A stretch of DNA of 61,453 bases, from the IMG/VR virus record IMGVR_UViG_3300037313_000809, positions 1 to 61,453 of that record; one strand, 5' to 3'. This DNA comes from a virus. Taxonomy: Duplodnaviria > Caudoviricetes. The notes below the pieces were generated by a model that did no database searches, was not told where the DNA came from, and saw only the letters and a program-made list of their open reading frames with translations. A program made the translations under genes and the position numbers. Shown in pieces: positions 29,656-39,265 of this stretch (positions are counted from its first letter, which is position 1; every line of letters begins with the position of its first letter).

Positions 29656-29937
29656 CGCATCGCCTTCCGTCGGCTCGCCCGATTGCCGCACGTCGGCAGC
29701 ATCGGTCCGAACAAGCGGCACGCGATGAAGGCGGCACGCGATGGCGCGAGGAGCGGGGCGAGAGACATCGTCACTGCGCCTTGCTCCGCTTCCGACTCGC
29801 CCTTCGCATGATCGTGCGTGCGCATGCGGCGAGAGCGCGGCGGGTACTGCGGTTGAGACCGACACCTGACATCCAGCGGGCGACGAGGGAGGCGTGGTGG
29901 GATTCGAAGTTCATGCGAGCCGGTGCCCTTTCAGTGA

Positions 29938-30016
29938 TGACCACGGCAGGAGTCGAACCTGCATCCATCGGGAGCGGGGTTTGAGGCCGCCGCGTATGCC
30001 GTTCCGCCACGTGGCC
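29938..30016 (-). tRNA. tRNA-Leu(CAA)-like
   Basis: Acceptor GGCCACG/CGTGGTC, loop CTCAAAC, T-arm GCAGG-TTCGACT-CCTGC; C-C mismatch closing the anticodon stem. Confidence 0.75.
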
Positions 30017-30025
30017 GAGTAGAGA

Positions 30026-30104
30026 TCCGCGAGGCAGGGGTCGAACCTGCACGCTTGCGCACCAGCATCTCGGGCTGGCATGTCTGCCGTTCCATCACTC
30101 GCGG
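30026..30104 (-). tRNA. tRNA-Leu(GAG)-like
   Basis: CCGCGAG/CTCGCGG acceptor, CCAGC-CCGAGAT-GCTGG anticodon arm (C33), TTCGACC T-loop. Confidence 0.75.
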
Positions 30105-30105
30105 G

Positions 30106-30187
30106 TAGCCACGGAGGGACTCGCACCCCCACGCACTAGAGGCACCGGCTTCTGAGACCGGCGTGTCTTCTGTTCCACCACGTGGCC
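30106..30187 (-). tRNA. tRNA-Leu(CAG)-like
   Basis: CCGGT-CTCAGAA-GCCGG anticodon arm; T-loop TGCGAGT; D-loop lacks the conserved GG. Confidence 0.7.
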
Positions 30188-30190
30188 GGA

Positions 30191-30270
30191 TGGTCGCGCC
30201 TCGGAATCGAACCGGGGTGCCAGCGGCGGAGCGTTTACAGCGCTCTGAGCGTCCATCGCTCACCGCGACC
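30191..30270 (-). tRNA. tRNA-Tyr(GTA)-like
   Basis: GGTCGCG/CGCGACC acceptor, GAGCG-CTGTAAA-CGCTC anticodon arm, TTCGATT T-loop. Confidence 0.75.
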
Positions 30271-30271
30271 G

Positions 30272-30495
30272 TATGCGGCAGGTCCTTGCTGCGGTGCCGC
30301 GCCGCCCGCGCCTCCATTGGCGCGCATTCATCAAGGGGGCGTCGTGAGCCGAGCATCGTGGCTCGGAATCGAATGCGTCCCGATCGCGGCTCGGGACCGG
30401 CCGTGTGCAGTGCGAGGGCGGGAGAGGAACACCCGTCACTGCGAGGTGGGGCAGGCGTATGGGTAGCGGCGATGGGCTCAAGCCACGACGAGAAC
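30272..30495 (-). ncRNA. Candidate structured non-coding RNA/leader upstream of the tRNA array
   Basis: No credible ORF; several nested hairpins and a long-range closing stem. Confidence 0.4.
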
Positions 30496-30583
30496 GCGAT
30501 GGGGTAAGGACTCGGTGCCCGCAGGCACACGGTCAGCGTTTGTCGTAGGCGTTCGTTTGTCGGTGACTTGAGCGCAGCGTCGC

Positions 30584-30880
30584 TGGGGACACTGGGGACG
30601 GGTTGCTAGGCTGCCTTCGGCTGCATCATCGCGCCGAGTACGGCGTCGATCGACCAGCGGTAGATGCGCCACTTGCCTTTCGCGGTACGGAATCCCTTGA
30701 GAGTTCCGTCCTCGCACCATCGGTGGACTGTGCGGCGGGAGATCACGAGGAGCCGCGCCGCTGCGTTCGCTCCGAGTACTTCATCCTGCTTCATCGGGCG
30801 CACCTCTCCCCTCGATGGATGAGGCCACTTTGACGAGGTGGAGGGATGTTCGCAATCAGTGAGCGTCCCCAGTGTCCCCA
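30584..30880. repeat. Perfect 17-bp inverted repeats (30584-30600 and 30864-30880) around an HTH gene
   Basis: CGTCCCCAGTGTCCCCA and its reverse complement. Confidence 0.9.
30606..30794 (-). CDS. Excisionase-family (MerR-like) HTH protein
   Basis: AAARLLVISRRTVHRWCEDGTLKGFRTAKGKWRI. Confidence 0.85.
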   Translation of the reverse strand: MKQDEVLGANAAARLLVISRRTVHRWCEDGTLKGFRTAKGKWRIYRWSIDAVLGAMMQPKAA

Positions 30881-30907
30881 CAATCGAATCCGTGCATGTC
30901 GATTCGT

Positions 30908-31450
30908 TCACCGCACCGTCTCCCACGCCCTCTTCGCCGCATCCCACAGCCGCTCGCCGTTCATGCGTGCGCCGTTGGTCCTGATCGCTCGCTTCTTCGA
31001 CGTCTGCCACGACTCGCGCTGTTCGGCCGTCGCGAACCAGTAGCCGAGTTCTTCGACGAGCGACTTGCCGAGCGCTTGCGTCGCGGCGTTGCGTTCGAAG
31101 ATCACGAACCACAACACGGCGTAGTGGGTTCGACCGATCCCGGTACGCATCTGTTCGAAGCGTCGGTGGACCGTTGCTGCCCTGTGCCATTCCGACGTGC
31201 GCTCATCCTCACGCCCGGAGTCGTCGCCACCGCTGGTCTGCACTGGTTCGCGCAGTTTCAATCCCGACCCGTAGAATCGTGTGGCCCACCTCGCGAGGAG
31301 TTCGAGATCGGCAAGCGTCCATCGGCGCATGCGCGGCACCCTCGCCGCCTCTCGCACCAACACCGCCCCACACTCCGCGCACGTCACGCGGGTCTCCCCC
31401 TCCGGCCATGCCTTTGCGTACGCGGAGCACTGCATGCACGGGTCGGTCAT
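30908..31450 (-). CDS. Hypothetical protein with CxxC pairs (possible late regulator)
   Basis: CMQC...CAEC; last gene of the middle operon. Confidence 0.55.
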   Translation of the reverse strand: MTDPCMQCSAYAKAWPEGETRVTCAECGAVLVREAARVPRMRRWTLADLELLARWATRFYGSGLKLREPVQTSGGDDSGREDERTSEWHRAATVHRRFEQMRTGIGRTHYAVLWFVIFERNAATQALGKSLVEELGYWFATAEQRESWQTSKKRAIRTNGARMNGERLWDAAKRAWETVR

Positions 31451-31878
31451 CGCGCGCTCCTTGCCACGAGTGCGTCAAGCCGCTCGAACGCCCGCTCCAT
31501 CTTCACGAACACGATCCCGCGCGTCAGCAGGTCGTGCGGTGACTCGTTCATCACTCGGACGTAGTCACGCGCCGCGTCGAGGATGTACGCCCGCTCGTTT
31601 TCGATCGCGCCCATTAGGGCCGACTCCGCTGCCTCACCCATCACCCGCCTCCGTTCGCTTCGATCAACTCAGCCTTCGTCATGTGCCGTCGCCTCCGGTG
31701 AGAGCGTCCTCACGCGCCCATTCGCACTCCGCGCACCCGCCGTCCCACGTCTGCACCCACCCGCACTCGCCGCACTTCCATGCGGGCGTCGGGGTGGCAG
31801 CGGCGACGATCCAGCGCACGATGTCGCGCCACGATGGCCATAGGTAGACGCGCCGCATGCCTTTCGTCTTCGTGTCGC

Positions 31879-32433
31879 TCATGTGCCGTCGTCTCCGGTT
31901 CGTCGCTTCCTCGCCGCCGCAACGCAGTCGCTGAGGCTCGGCGCGGGGACATGCCGTCGATAGATCCACCCCAGCTCATCGTCGGCGTAACAGCCACGCG
32001 GCCATTGGTCACCGCCGTACCCATGCGCGAAGCGGTTCGGGTTGCGCACTCCGCCCTCACCATTTGCCATGCGCTTTGCGTAGGACGCGGGCGCGCCGAC
32101 TTCGCGAATCCGGTACGACCACTGCGACGCCTGTCGGTGCAGTCGCGGATTCACCAGCACTATGAGGTCGATGCGATCGCGGAGACGAGCTTTGGCCCAT
32201 GACCGCTCCCACGTGCGTTCGTTCGCGACGACCCACGGCAGAGGCACACAGCCCTCGTCGATGAACCGGACGAGTGCCGCGACCGGATGGCGCCGGTCTT
32301 CTCTTGCTTGCTGCTCGGCAAGCGCGGTGATGGACAGTGCGCCGATGCTATTCGTGCCGGGCGCTGTGCTCCACACGGGTCGAGCCCATGTGACGGTAGT
32401 GCCCTTGATGATGTGGGCGATGCTCGTGCTCAC
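31879..32433 (-). CDS. Hypothetical protein
   Basis: Coupled ORF. Confidence 0.5.
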   Translation of the reverse strand: MSTSIAHIIKGTTVTWARPVWSTAPGTNSIGALSITALAEQQAREDRRHPVAALVRFIDEGCVPLPWVVANERTWERSWAKARLRDRIDLIVLVNPRLHRQASQWSYRIREVGAPASYAKRMANGEGGVRNPNRFAHGYGGDQWPRGCYADDELGWIYRRHVPAPSLSDCVAAARKRRTGDDGT

Positions 32434-32666
32434 GTGTCACCGCCGATCCCGCGCAGCGACGGCAGCACGTTCGCTAGCCATGCCTTCGCACTATCTGCAT
32501 CGTCGAATTCGTCAGCCTGGACCTGAATGCGCCCGCGCTTAACCGTTGCCTTCCACCCGCCCCACGTCGGCTCCACCTTGAGCTTGTAGCCGTCGTGTTC
32601 CGCTTCGTACTCGGTGAAGGGAAACGGGTGACTCCAGTCGAACAACTCCCATGCGATGTCACTCAT
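32430..32666 (-). CDS. Hypothetical protein
   Basis: Coupled ORF. Confidence 0.5.
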   Translation of the reverse strand: MSDIAWELFDWSHPFPFTEYEAEHDGYKLKVEPTWGGWKATVKRGRIQVQADEFDDADSAKAWLANVLPSLRGIGGDT

Positions 32667-32799
32667 GGCACCCCTCGCCATCATCGCTGCACCACAGCGC
32701 GATGCGTGTTCCGTTGAGCGAGGCGCTTCCGCAGCGCATCTCGCTCCGCCTCCACATCCGGCGTGCGGTAGCCGTGGGGTGACGAGGGAGAGGGAGACA

Positions 32800-33813
32800 T
32801 CACGCGGCCTCCTTGCGGAGCAGGTACTGCTCTCCGACCATCTTCAGGATCACGCGACCGAGCCGCATGTCCCATCGCTCGTGCACCGGTTTGACCACGA
32901 AGCCTTCGCGCATGTGGTTCGCGCCGGGGAGTGTCGAATCGCCGTTCGCGAGCGCGATCACGTCTTCGGACCACGGTCCTCGGTACAGTTCCGGCGCGGT
33001 GTCGATGCCGAGGGATCGCGCCAACGCGAGCATGTCGTCGTGATCCAGATACCGCCGCGTCGAAGTGTCGAGCGCGTCGAACATGCGGAAGCGCGATGTA
33101 CCAGCACACCCGTACTTCAGGTCCTGAACCTGTCCATAGACCTCACCGTAGATGCATATGCCGGGGACAGTGGCGAGCTTCGTAGCAAGGTCATGGTGTG
33201 CCGCCGCCGTGTTCCAGTGCGTGTTCGCCTCCAGCTTCTTCCACCGCGTCCGGCTTCCGATCCAGAGCCGCCCATCGTGGAACACGTAGCGCGCATTCGC
33301 GCCGTGGATCTTCTCGGTGCACACGACCTCTTCGCCGGGCTCAATCGCCCGCTTCCACTTCCGCCACCCTTCGATGTCGGTGTAGACGGGTGCGAGACCG
33401 GGGTCTGGTTCGTCGTCCTCGCACGGGCCGCGCACGCGCTTCGCGTTCGGTCCCTTGCTGTCGTGCGCGTCGGCATCGGCTTCGTACTTCTCGATGCCCA
33501 TGACGGCCGCGACGTCTGCGCCTTCCTCCCACAGCATCTCTTGGTTCGGCAGCTTCGCGAGCATGCCCATGCTGAACACGCCACGAAGCTTCTTCGCCTT
33601 GATGCGGCGATGTCCTTTGAGGAATGCCCATTGTTCGGTATCCGGCACGATGCTGTCGATCGGCACGTACACCGCGAGTTCGCCTTCGACGTACTCGCCG
33701 AGACGGACAATCACCGGATACCCGCCGTGCACCTCCGTGATGCCGAGGCTATCCGCGTTCTCGTGCTTCGTGATCGGACCCAGCTTCACCACTTCGACCT
33801 TCCACTCGCTCAT
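32800..33813 (-). CDS. RNA ligase, DRB0094/Rnl5-like (N-terminal OB-like domain)
   Basis: HENADSL...RLGEYVEGELAVYVPIDS; motif I EKIHG, YGEVYG, FD, REGFVVKP, LK. Confidence 0.85.
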   Translation of the reverse strand: MSEWKVEVVKLGPITKHENADSLGITEVHGGYPVIVRLGEYVEGELAVYVPIDSIVPDTEQWAFLKGHRRIKAKKLRGVFSMGMLAKLPNQEMLWEEGADVAAVMGIEKYEADADAHDSKGPNAKRVRGPCEDDEPDPGLAPVYTDIEGWRKWKRAIEPGEEVVCTEKIHGANARYVFHDGRLWIGSRTRWKKLEANTHWNTAAAHHDLATKLATVPGICIYGEVYGQVQDLKYGCAGTSRFRMFDALDTSTRRYLDHDDMLALARSLGIDTAPELYRGPWSEDVIALANGDSTLPGANHMREGFVVKPVHERWDMRLGRVILKMVGEQYLLRKEAA

Positions 33814-33830
33814 GCTCGCCTCCCATTGCT

Positions 33831-34316
33831 TCACTTCGCCGCGCCGTCGGGGCGTGGACGGATCACCACACGCACGCCGTACGTATTCGGCGCGCCCTTC
33901 TCCTGCTCGTAGCGCCACACGATGCGGGGCGATCGGTCTTCGCCGCGATTGAGCGCATCGGCGATCCCATCGCGGACCGCCTTCTGCGACGACGCGAGGT
34001 TGTCGTCATCGAGGGCGCGCGGCGCGATGCGCACGAGCGTGATCGTGATGGGCTGACGAGTGATCCACGGCTCGCCCCAGAACCCGAGTGCATGGTGCAT
34101 CAGGCTTCGCGTCGTCGTGCGCTGCGATCGTGCGCGCTGGTGTCGCTCCCGCCAGTGCTCGTGGCTCGCGCGGTTCGCCTCGCTCAGCGTGTAGACCGGG
34201 AGCAGCGCCCACAGGTCGGGAATCAGTTGCGCCTTGTACTCGACGAGGCGACGAGCTTTGGTGGTGCGCCGGTGCGTGGGCTTGCTCGGCAGATTGGCGG
34301 CGTTACTCGGCGGCAT
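33831..34316 (-). CDS. RusA-like Holliday junction resolvase
   Basis: LDDDNL...KAVRDGIADAL...ED. Confidence 0.7.
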   Translation of the reverse strand: MPPSNAANLPSKPTHRRTTKARRLVEYKAQLIPDLWALLPVYTLSEANRASHEHWRERHQRARSQRTTTRSLMHHALGFWGEPWITRQPITITLVRIAPRALDDDNLASSQKAVRDGIADALNRGEDRSPRIVWRYEQEKGAPNTYGVRVVIRPRPDGAAK

Positions 34317-35682
34317 CACGATCCCTCCGTGCGTCGTAGGCGGTCGCATACTCCTCCTCCGAAAGATTCTCGAACCTTGTGATCGCGCCTACGAACCGAG
34401 TGCGGGCCGTCACCGGGAACGGACCGTTGCGCTGCTTGTCGATAATGAGTTCGGCAATGCCACGGTCTTCGGTGTTCGGGTTGAACACCTCCTCGCGGTG
34501 GATCAGGCACACCACGTCGGCGGCCTGCGCGATCTTGTCGGACTCGGCGAGGTGATGGGCTTTCGGTCGCGGCGATTCGCCCTTGCCCGTCACGGTCTTC
34601 ACTGCATTGCGATTGATCTGCACGCCAAGGATCACGACGATGTTGAGTTCTTTCGCCAAGTCCTTCAGCGAGTCGGCGACACGCCCGTACTCGAGATCGG
34701 GCCGGTCGCCGCCCGCAACCTTGACCAGCGTGAGATGGTCGACGAAGAGGGCAGCGAGGCCGCGGTCTGCCTTGCGCTTCCTCGCACACCGCTGAATGCG
34801 TGTGATGTCTGCGGGGCGATCATCGATCCAGATCGGCAACGAGAAGATGCGCTGCGCGGTCGCCGCGAGTGCTGCCGAGTCGTCAGCCGTCAGCATGTTC
34901 GATCGCATGCGGCTTTGATCCACTCTTCCCTCGCTGCACAACACGCGATTCGACAATTGAACGCGCGGCATCTCCAGTTCATGGACGAGCGCTGGCCCAA
35001 CGTGCTCCGCGAGTTCGACAACGAGTTGCATGCCAAGCGCCGTCTTGCCCATGCCGCTGCGACCCGCGACCACCCACACCTCGCCTGGGTGCATGCCGGT
35101 GGTGAGGCGATCGAGATCGGCCAGGCCGGTGCTGTGGCCCGCCGTGCGCCCCTTCCGTTCCATCGCCTTCTCGATCGCTTCGAAGGACTCTTGGAGGCAC
35201 TGCGCGAACTCAACCGGCTCGTGATTCGTCGCAACATCAGCGACGCTCATGATGCGGCGCTGTGCGTCCGCTTGGTACGCGGCGAGGTCGGTCGCGCGGT
35301 ACCCGTTCTCGATGATCTCGCCCGCGGCCATAATCGTGTCCCGGACCGCATGTAGTCCGCGCACGCGGTAGCAGTACGTTTCGAGGTGAGCGACCGTCGG
35401 GATCGTGTCGGTGAGTTCACCGAGGTACTGCGGTCCACCGATCGTGTTGAGTCGCTCGCGCGCTCGCAGCTCACCCGCAACCGTGATGATGTCGACCGGC
35501 TGGGTACGCTGACGAAGCGACACCATCGCCTCGTAGATCCATGCATGCGCTGGATGGTAGAAGTGCACTGGCTGCACGATGCCGGTCGCCGTGTCGACCG
35601 CAGTCTCGTCGAGCATGCACGCGCCAAGGATCGATTTCTCCGCGTCGAGGTCGTGTGGCGGAGTCTTCGGTGCGTCACTCAT
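34303..35682 (-). CDS. dnaB: Replicative DNA helicase
   Basis: PPHDLDAEKSILG, GRSGMGKT, LEM, VDHL, AELIIDKQRNG. Confidence 0.95.
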   Translation of the reverse strand: MSDAPKTPPHDLDAEKSILGACMLDETAVDTATGIVQPVHFYHPAHAWIYEAMVSLRQRTQPVDIITVAGELRARERLNTIGGPQYLGELTDTIPTVAHLETYCYRVRGLHAVRDTIMAAGEIIENGYRATDLAAYQADAQRRIMSVADVATNHEPVEFAQCLQESFEAIEKAMERKGRTAGHSTGLADLDRLTTGMHPGEVWVVAGRSGMGKTALGMQLVVELAEHVGPALVHELEMPRVQLSNRVLCSEGRVDQSRMRSNMLTADDSAALAATAQRIFSLPIWIDDRPADITRIQRCARKRKADRGLAALFVDHLTLVKVAGGDRPDLEYGRVADSLKDLAKELNIVVILGVQINRNAVKTVTGKGESPRPKAHHLAESDKIAQAADVVCLIHREEVFNPNTEDRGIAELIIDKQRNGPFPVTARTRFVGAITRFENLSEEEYATAYDARRDRDAAE

Positions 35683-36646
35683 TGACCGCTCCTTTGCGCA
35701 TGAACGCGGGGCGCTCGATCGTCGCGGCGAGCGGGCCGGTGGGAGGGGGCGGGACAACAGCGACCGGCTTTACCTTCGGCCTGCTCTTCGATTCGAACCA
35801 CTCGCGCGAGTCGTTCAGTGCGCTGAAGAAGTTCCCGCCATCGGCATCGAGTAGGTACTTAATGTCGGGTGACCGGCGCTCCATCCAGCCGAACCCATTC
35901 GCGCCTTTCGGGTTCGCCCACTCACCAAGCGCTTCGATGTGTTCGCGTCGGAACTTCCGGTCGAGCGCCTGCCACATCAGATCACGGAGGGTGAGCAACT
36001 GCCCCAGCGATGCACCGTTCGGAATCCGGTTGTCGGAATCGGTCGACCACTTCCAAACGATCGCGTCCGGGTCGATCGACTGCCGTGTCAACTCGCCCCC
36101 CTCTGCACTCCCCTCTGAAGACTCAGAATCCCTACCCATCCCCCCGCCCGCGGGCGCGCGCGTGAGGGTTGCTTGATCGTGTTGCTTGTCGTTTGCTGCA
36201 CCCGTTTGCTGCCCATTTGCTACTGCGTTTGCTGCTCCGGTTGCTTGACGGTTTGCTTGGGTTTGCTTGCCGCCTTTGCTGCCCGCATCGCGGCGGGTTG
36301 CTGACAAAGCTTCCCGCTTCGCCTTGCGTTCCGCGGCTTCCTCTGGCGTACCGTTGTAGACGGCGAAATCGTGAAACTGTGAGCCGGGTCCTTCGATGTG
36401 GTCGAAGAGTCCGCACTCGACAAGCTTCGCGCATGCCTTTGCTGCGGTGGCCGGCGCGATCTGAACGACCTGCCGGAGCCGCATCGCGCTGAACGTTCCG
36501 CTCGGCGAGCGGGCCGCACAGTCCGAGCCCATGAGGGTCCAGACTGTGATGGCGGCAGTGAAGAGAGCATCCGTGTCGCAGATCTCGCGTAGCTTCTCGA
36601 CCTTCAGATGCGACGCGAACCCGTCGTCGACTTTGAACCAGCTCAT
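35675..36646 (-). CDS. Phage replication initiator
   Basis: MSWFKVDDGF...HDF; internal iteron-like repeats; upstream of dnaB. Confidence 0.75.
   Translation of the reverse strand: MSWFKVDDGFASHLKVEKLREICDTDALFTAAITVWTLMGSDCAARSPSGTFSAMRLRQVVQIAPATAAKACAKLVECGLFDHIEGPGSQFHDFAVYNGTPEEAAERKAKREALSATRRDAGSKGGKQTQANRQATGAANAVANGQQTGAANDKQHDQATLTRAPAGGGMGRDSESSEGSAEGGELTRQSIDPDAIVWKWSTDSDNRIPNGASLGQLLTLRDLMWQALDRKFRREHIEALGEWANPKGANGFGWMERRSPDIKYLLDADGGNFFSALNDSREWFESKSRPKVKPVAVVPPPPTGPLAATIERPAFMRKGAVNE
36169..36303. repeat. Iteron-like TTGCT repeats (putative origin)
   Basis: About 11 copies of (G)TTTGCT/GTTGCT, mostly 10-13 bp apart, inside the initiator gene. Confidence 0.7.
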
Positions 36647-36927
36647 CGCTCCCCACCTCCCACCCGCTCGAGGTCGTGACGGACCGTGCGGAGCAGTGCG
36701 CGCGTGGACCACATCGCGAGGCGCAACAGGTTCGTCCGCACGTACCTCGACTCGATGACGAGTTCGTCGACCATCACGAGGTGCGTGTCGGCCTCGTCAA
36801 GCCAGTACGCCATGAGGCGCAGTCGCTCTTGTGTGAGTGGGAGGCTGCCGCGGAACCCGCACTCCCTCGCGTACGCCTCCCGCTTCACCGTCACGCTCTC
36901 TTCGCTGTCTCGATCCGCGTAGCTCAT
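36643..36927 (-). CDS. Hypothetical protein
   Basis: Coupled ORF. Confidence 0.5.
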   Translation of the reverse strand: MSYADRDSEESVTVKREAYARECGFRGSLPLTQERLRLMAYWLDEADTHLVMVDELVIESRYVRTNLLRLAMWSTRALLRTVRHDLERVGGGER

Positions 36928-38216
36928 GCGGCCACCGTCCTCTGCTCACCACCGACGTTCGCTTCCACAAGCGCCTCCGCCATCGGCGGGCACACGCTGT
37001 TGCCTGCGAGCCGCGTCTGCGCCTTCTTCGAAAGCCGCTTCCCGTTGAAGAGCGGCGCGATGTCGTACGTGCGCGGGAAGCCATTACCCGCGAACAGTTC
37101 GTGCGGCTCCAACATCCGCATACCGATGTCCGTGATGCGGTACGGCTGGCCGTGGACCGTGACAAGTGCGAAGCGAGCGACTGCCGTTACAGTATGCAGT
37201 GGCTCCCAAAGGCTCTGCTGCTGACCACCGCTGCCGTAGTATTTCAAGAGCAGCGCGTGGACGGCGTCACTGCGCTCGCCGAACGCAAGAGGGAGCTGCG
37301 CATGACGCAACGTCGCACCCAGCAACGCGTGATGGTCAACGGCCGTGATCGTTCCGAGCGGCGATGTCATCGCTGTGCCTGCGTTGTTGTTCCCGTTCGG
37401 TCCGCCACCGTAGTGCTTTGCGATGGCGTGCGCGGTGACCGTGCCGACCCCTCTCACGACGAAGGGATTCGCGCTCTCAATGACGTGCCGCCGAATGCCA
37501 TCGGCGATGCGCTGGAGCGTTGCTTCGGCGAGGTCACGACCGAAGATCGATGGACATGGAAGGCTCCAGTCGATCACCTCGTGAGCGGCCCGCCATTGAG
37601 GGCGGGGATGTGAAATCGACGGCCATTGGATCGGCGCTCCGTCGCAGCGCGCGACGAGAAATAGACGCTTGCGGGTGGTCGGTGCGCCGTAGTCCGCCGC
37701 GACGAGACTCCGCCATTCAACCTGGTACCCCTGCGCACGGAGCTTCCCGAGCCAGATGCGGAACGAGCGGCCTGCCTTTTCGGGGATTGGTTTTCCCTCG
37801 TTGTCGAGCGGCCCCCACGTTTCGAACTCCTCGACGTTTTCTAGGCAAATTACGCGCGGCCGCACGGCGCGTGCCCACCTGATCACCACGCTCGCGAGGC
37901 TTCGTGTCTTCGCACTCTTCGGAGCGGCTCCCTTTGCCCTGGAGAAGTGCGTGCAGTCCGGACTTGCCCACATCAGACCGACGGGGCGTCCCGCGCACGC
38001 CTCGACTGGATCGACCTCCCACACATTGCAGAGGTAGTGCTTGGTGCGCGGATGGTTCGCCGCGTGAACCGCGATCGCTTCCGGGCTGTGATTGATGGCG
38101 ATGTCGACGTTGCGGCCGAGTGCGGCTTCGATGCCGGTGGACGCACCACCGCCACCAGCGAAGCTGTCGACCACGAGTTCGTCGAGGCCGATGCGGATCG
38201 AAGGTGGACGCATCAC
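36924..38216 (-). CDS. DNA cytosine-C5 methyltransferase
   Basis: FAGGGG, ASPDCTHFS, LENV, RKRLF, GNSV. Confidence 0.95.
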   Translation of the reverse strand: MMRPPSIRIGLDELVVDSFAGGGGASTGIEAALGRNVDIAINHSPEAIAVHAANHPRTKHYLCNVWEVDPVEACAGRPVGLMWASPDCTHFSRAKGAAPKSAKTRSLASVVIRWARAVRPRVICLENVEEFETWGPLDNEGKPIPEKAGRSFRIWLGKLRAQGYQVEWRSLVAADYGAPTTRKRLFLVARCDGAPIQWPSISHPRPQWRAAHEVIDWSLPCPSIFGRDLAEATLQRIADGIRRHVIESANPFVVRGVGTVTAHAIAKHYGGGPNGNNNAGTAMTSPLGTITAVDHHALLGATLRHAQLPLAFGERSDAVHALLLKYYGSGGQQQSLWEPLHTVTAVARFALVTVHGQPYRITDIGMRMLEPHELFAGNGFPRTYDIAPLFNGKRLSKKAQTRLAGNSVCPPMAEALVEANVGGEQRTVAA

Positions 38217-38539
38217 GCTACCCTCTGCTTCCGCTTCGCCGCCGCGCCATCAGTGCCGACCCATTCGCCCGGCCGCTTACCCAGCCACGCGACCGCTGCG
38301 CCGCGACCTGAGCGAGTGAAGACCGCCGCGACGTCGAGCCCCCTGCTTCGCCTCCACTTCATCTCGCGCTCGTAGTCGGTTTCGGCGGAGAGATAGGTCG
38401 CGAGGAGGATTCCATTGCGCCACAAGCGGGCCATCTCGGCACGCGATGCCTTGAACGCCTTCATCGCGGCGTCGCGGTCGGTGCCCCAGTAGACGACGGA
38501 CTGCGTCTCGGTGGAGACGAGGTAGCGCGTCTCCATCAC
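38213..38539 (-). CDS. Hypothetical protein
   Basis: Coupled ORF. Confidence 0.5.
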   Translation of the reverse strand: MMETRYLVSTETQSVVYWGTDRDAAMKAFKASRAEMARLWRNGILLATYLSAETDYEREMKWRRSRGLDVAAVFTRSGRGAAVAWLGKRPGEWVGTDGAAAKRKQRVA

Positions 38540-38941
38540 GCGGCCTCCCCGTGCGCGCCCTCACCGCGTCGCCTTTTCACGTGCTCTACAAGCGCGTGCT
38601 GCGCTGCCACCAGTCGCTTCGTCGCCAGCCGCACCGCCTCGTAGGCCGAGTCCATCGCTTCGACCTCCCGATGGAAGTTGCATCGTGCGATCACGAGCGC
38701 ATTGAACGCGTCGGCTTCTGCGTGGAACAAGCGCCGCCATTCTTTCGCGGCGGCGTCCCACTCGGTGTCGCGGGTGGTCATGGTGACACCACCTTCGGCA
38801 TGATCTTCGCGAGCTGGATCGGATCGGGCGGGATGTCCGACGCGATGCACGCGCCGATTGAGAATGCAGCGACGACCGCGATCGTGAAGCCGAGCATCAG
38901 CCCGTTCATGAACGCGTTGAGGATGCGGTCTTCGGTAGTTC

Positions 38942-39265
38942 TCACGACGCCACCCCCGGCAACGCGACCTGTCGACGCTGGAAGAATTCCTCACCGGAAC
39001 GTGAGCGGATCTGCGAGACGGCCCATGCCGCCACCTCACGCGCCTCCTTCTCGTCGTGCATGCCCCAGTTGAAGTCGACGACGCGGCCACGGCGTCCGTT
39101 GAACGTCCCGTCCATCACCCACGACGGGCGGCCGAGGACTGACACGCCGCCCTTGAACGACTCCGCGTAGAGGGTGAATGAGTTGTCTTCGACGACGAAC
39201 GTGTAGCGCAGGAGAAGTGCGTGGTTGCCGTCGTCGAGCGTGAAGCGCCAAGGGAGCCCCATCAC
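38942..39265 (-). CDS. Hypothetical protein
   Basis: Coupled ORF. Confidence 0.5.
   Translation of the reverse strand: MMGLPWRFTLDDGNHALLLRYTFVVEDNSFTLYAESFKGGVSVLGRPSWVMDGTFNGRRGRVVDFNWGMHDEKEAREVAAWAVSQIRSRSGEEFFQRRQVALPGVAS

Noticed and set aside
29890-29915. Fifth tRNA (TTCGAATCCC T-loop-like)
   Set aside because: No cloverleaf; it coincides with the start of a small ORF (MNFESHH).
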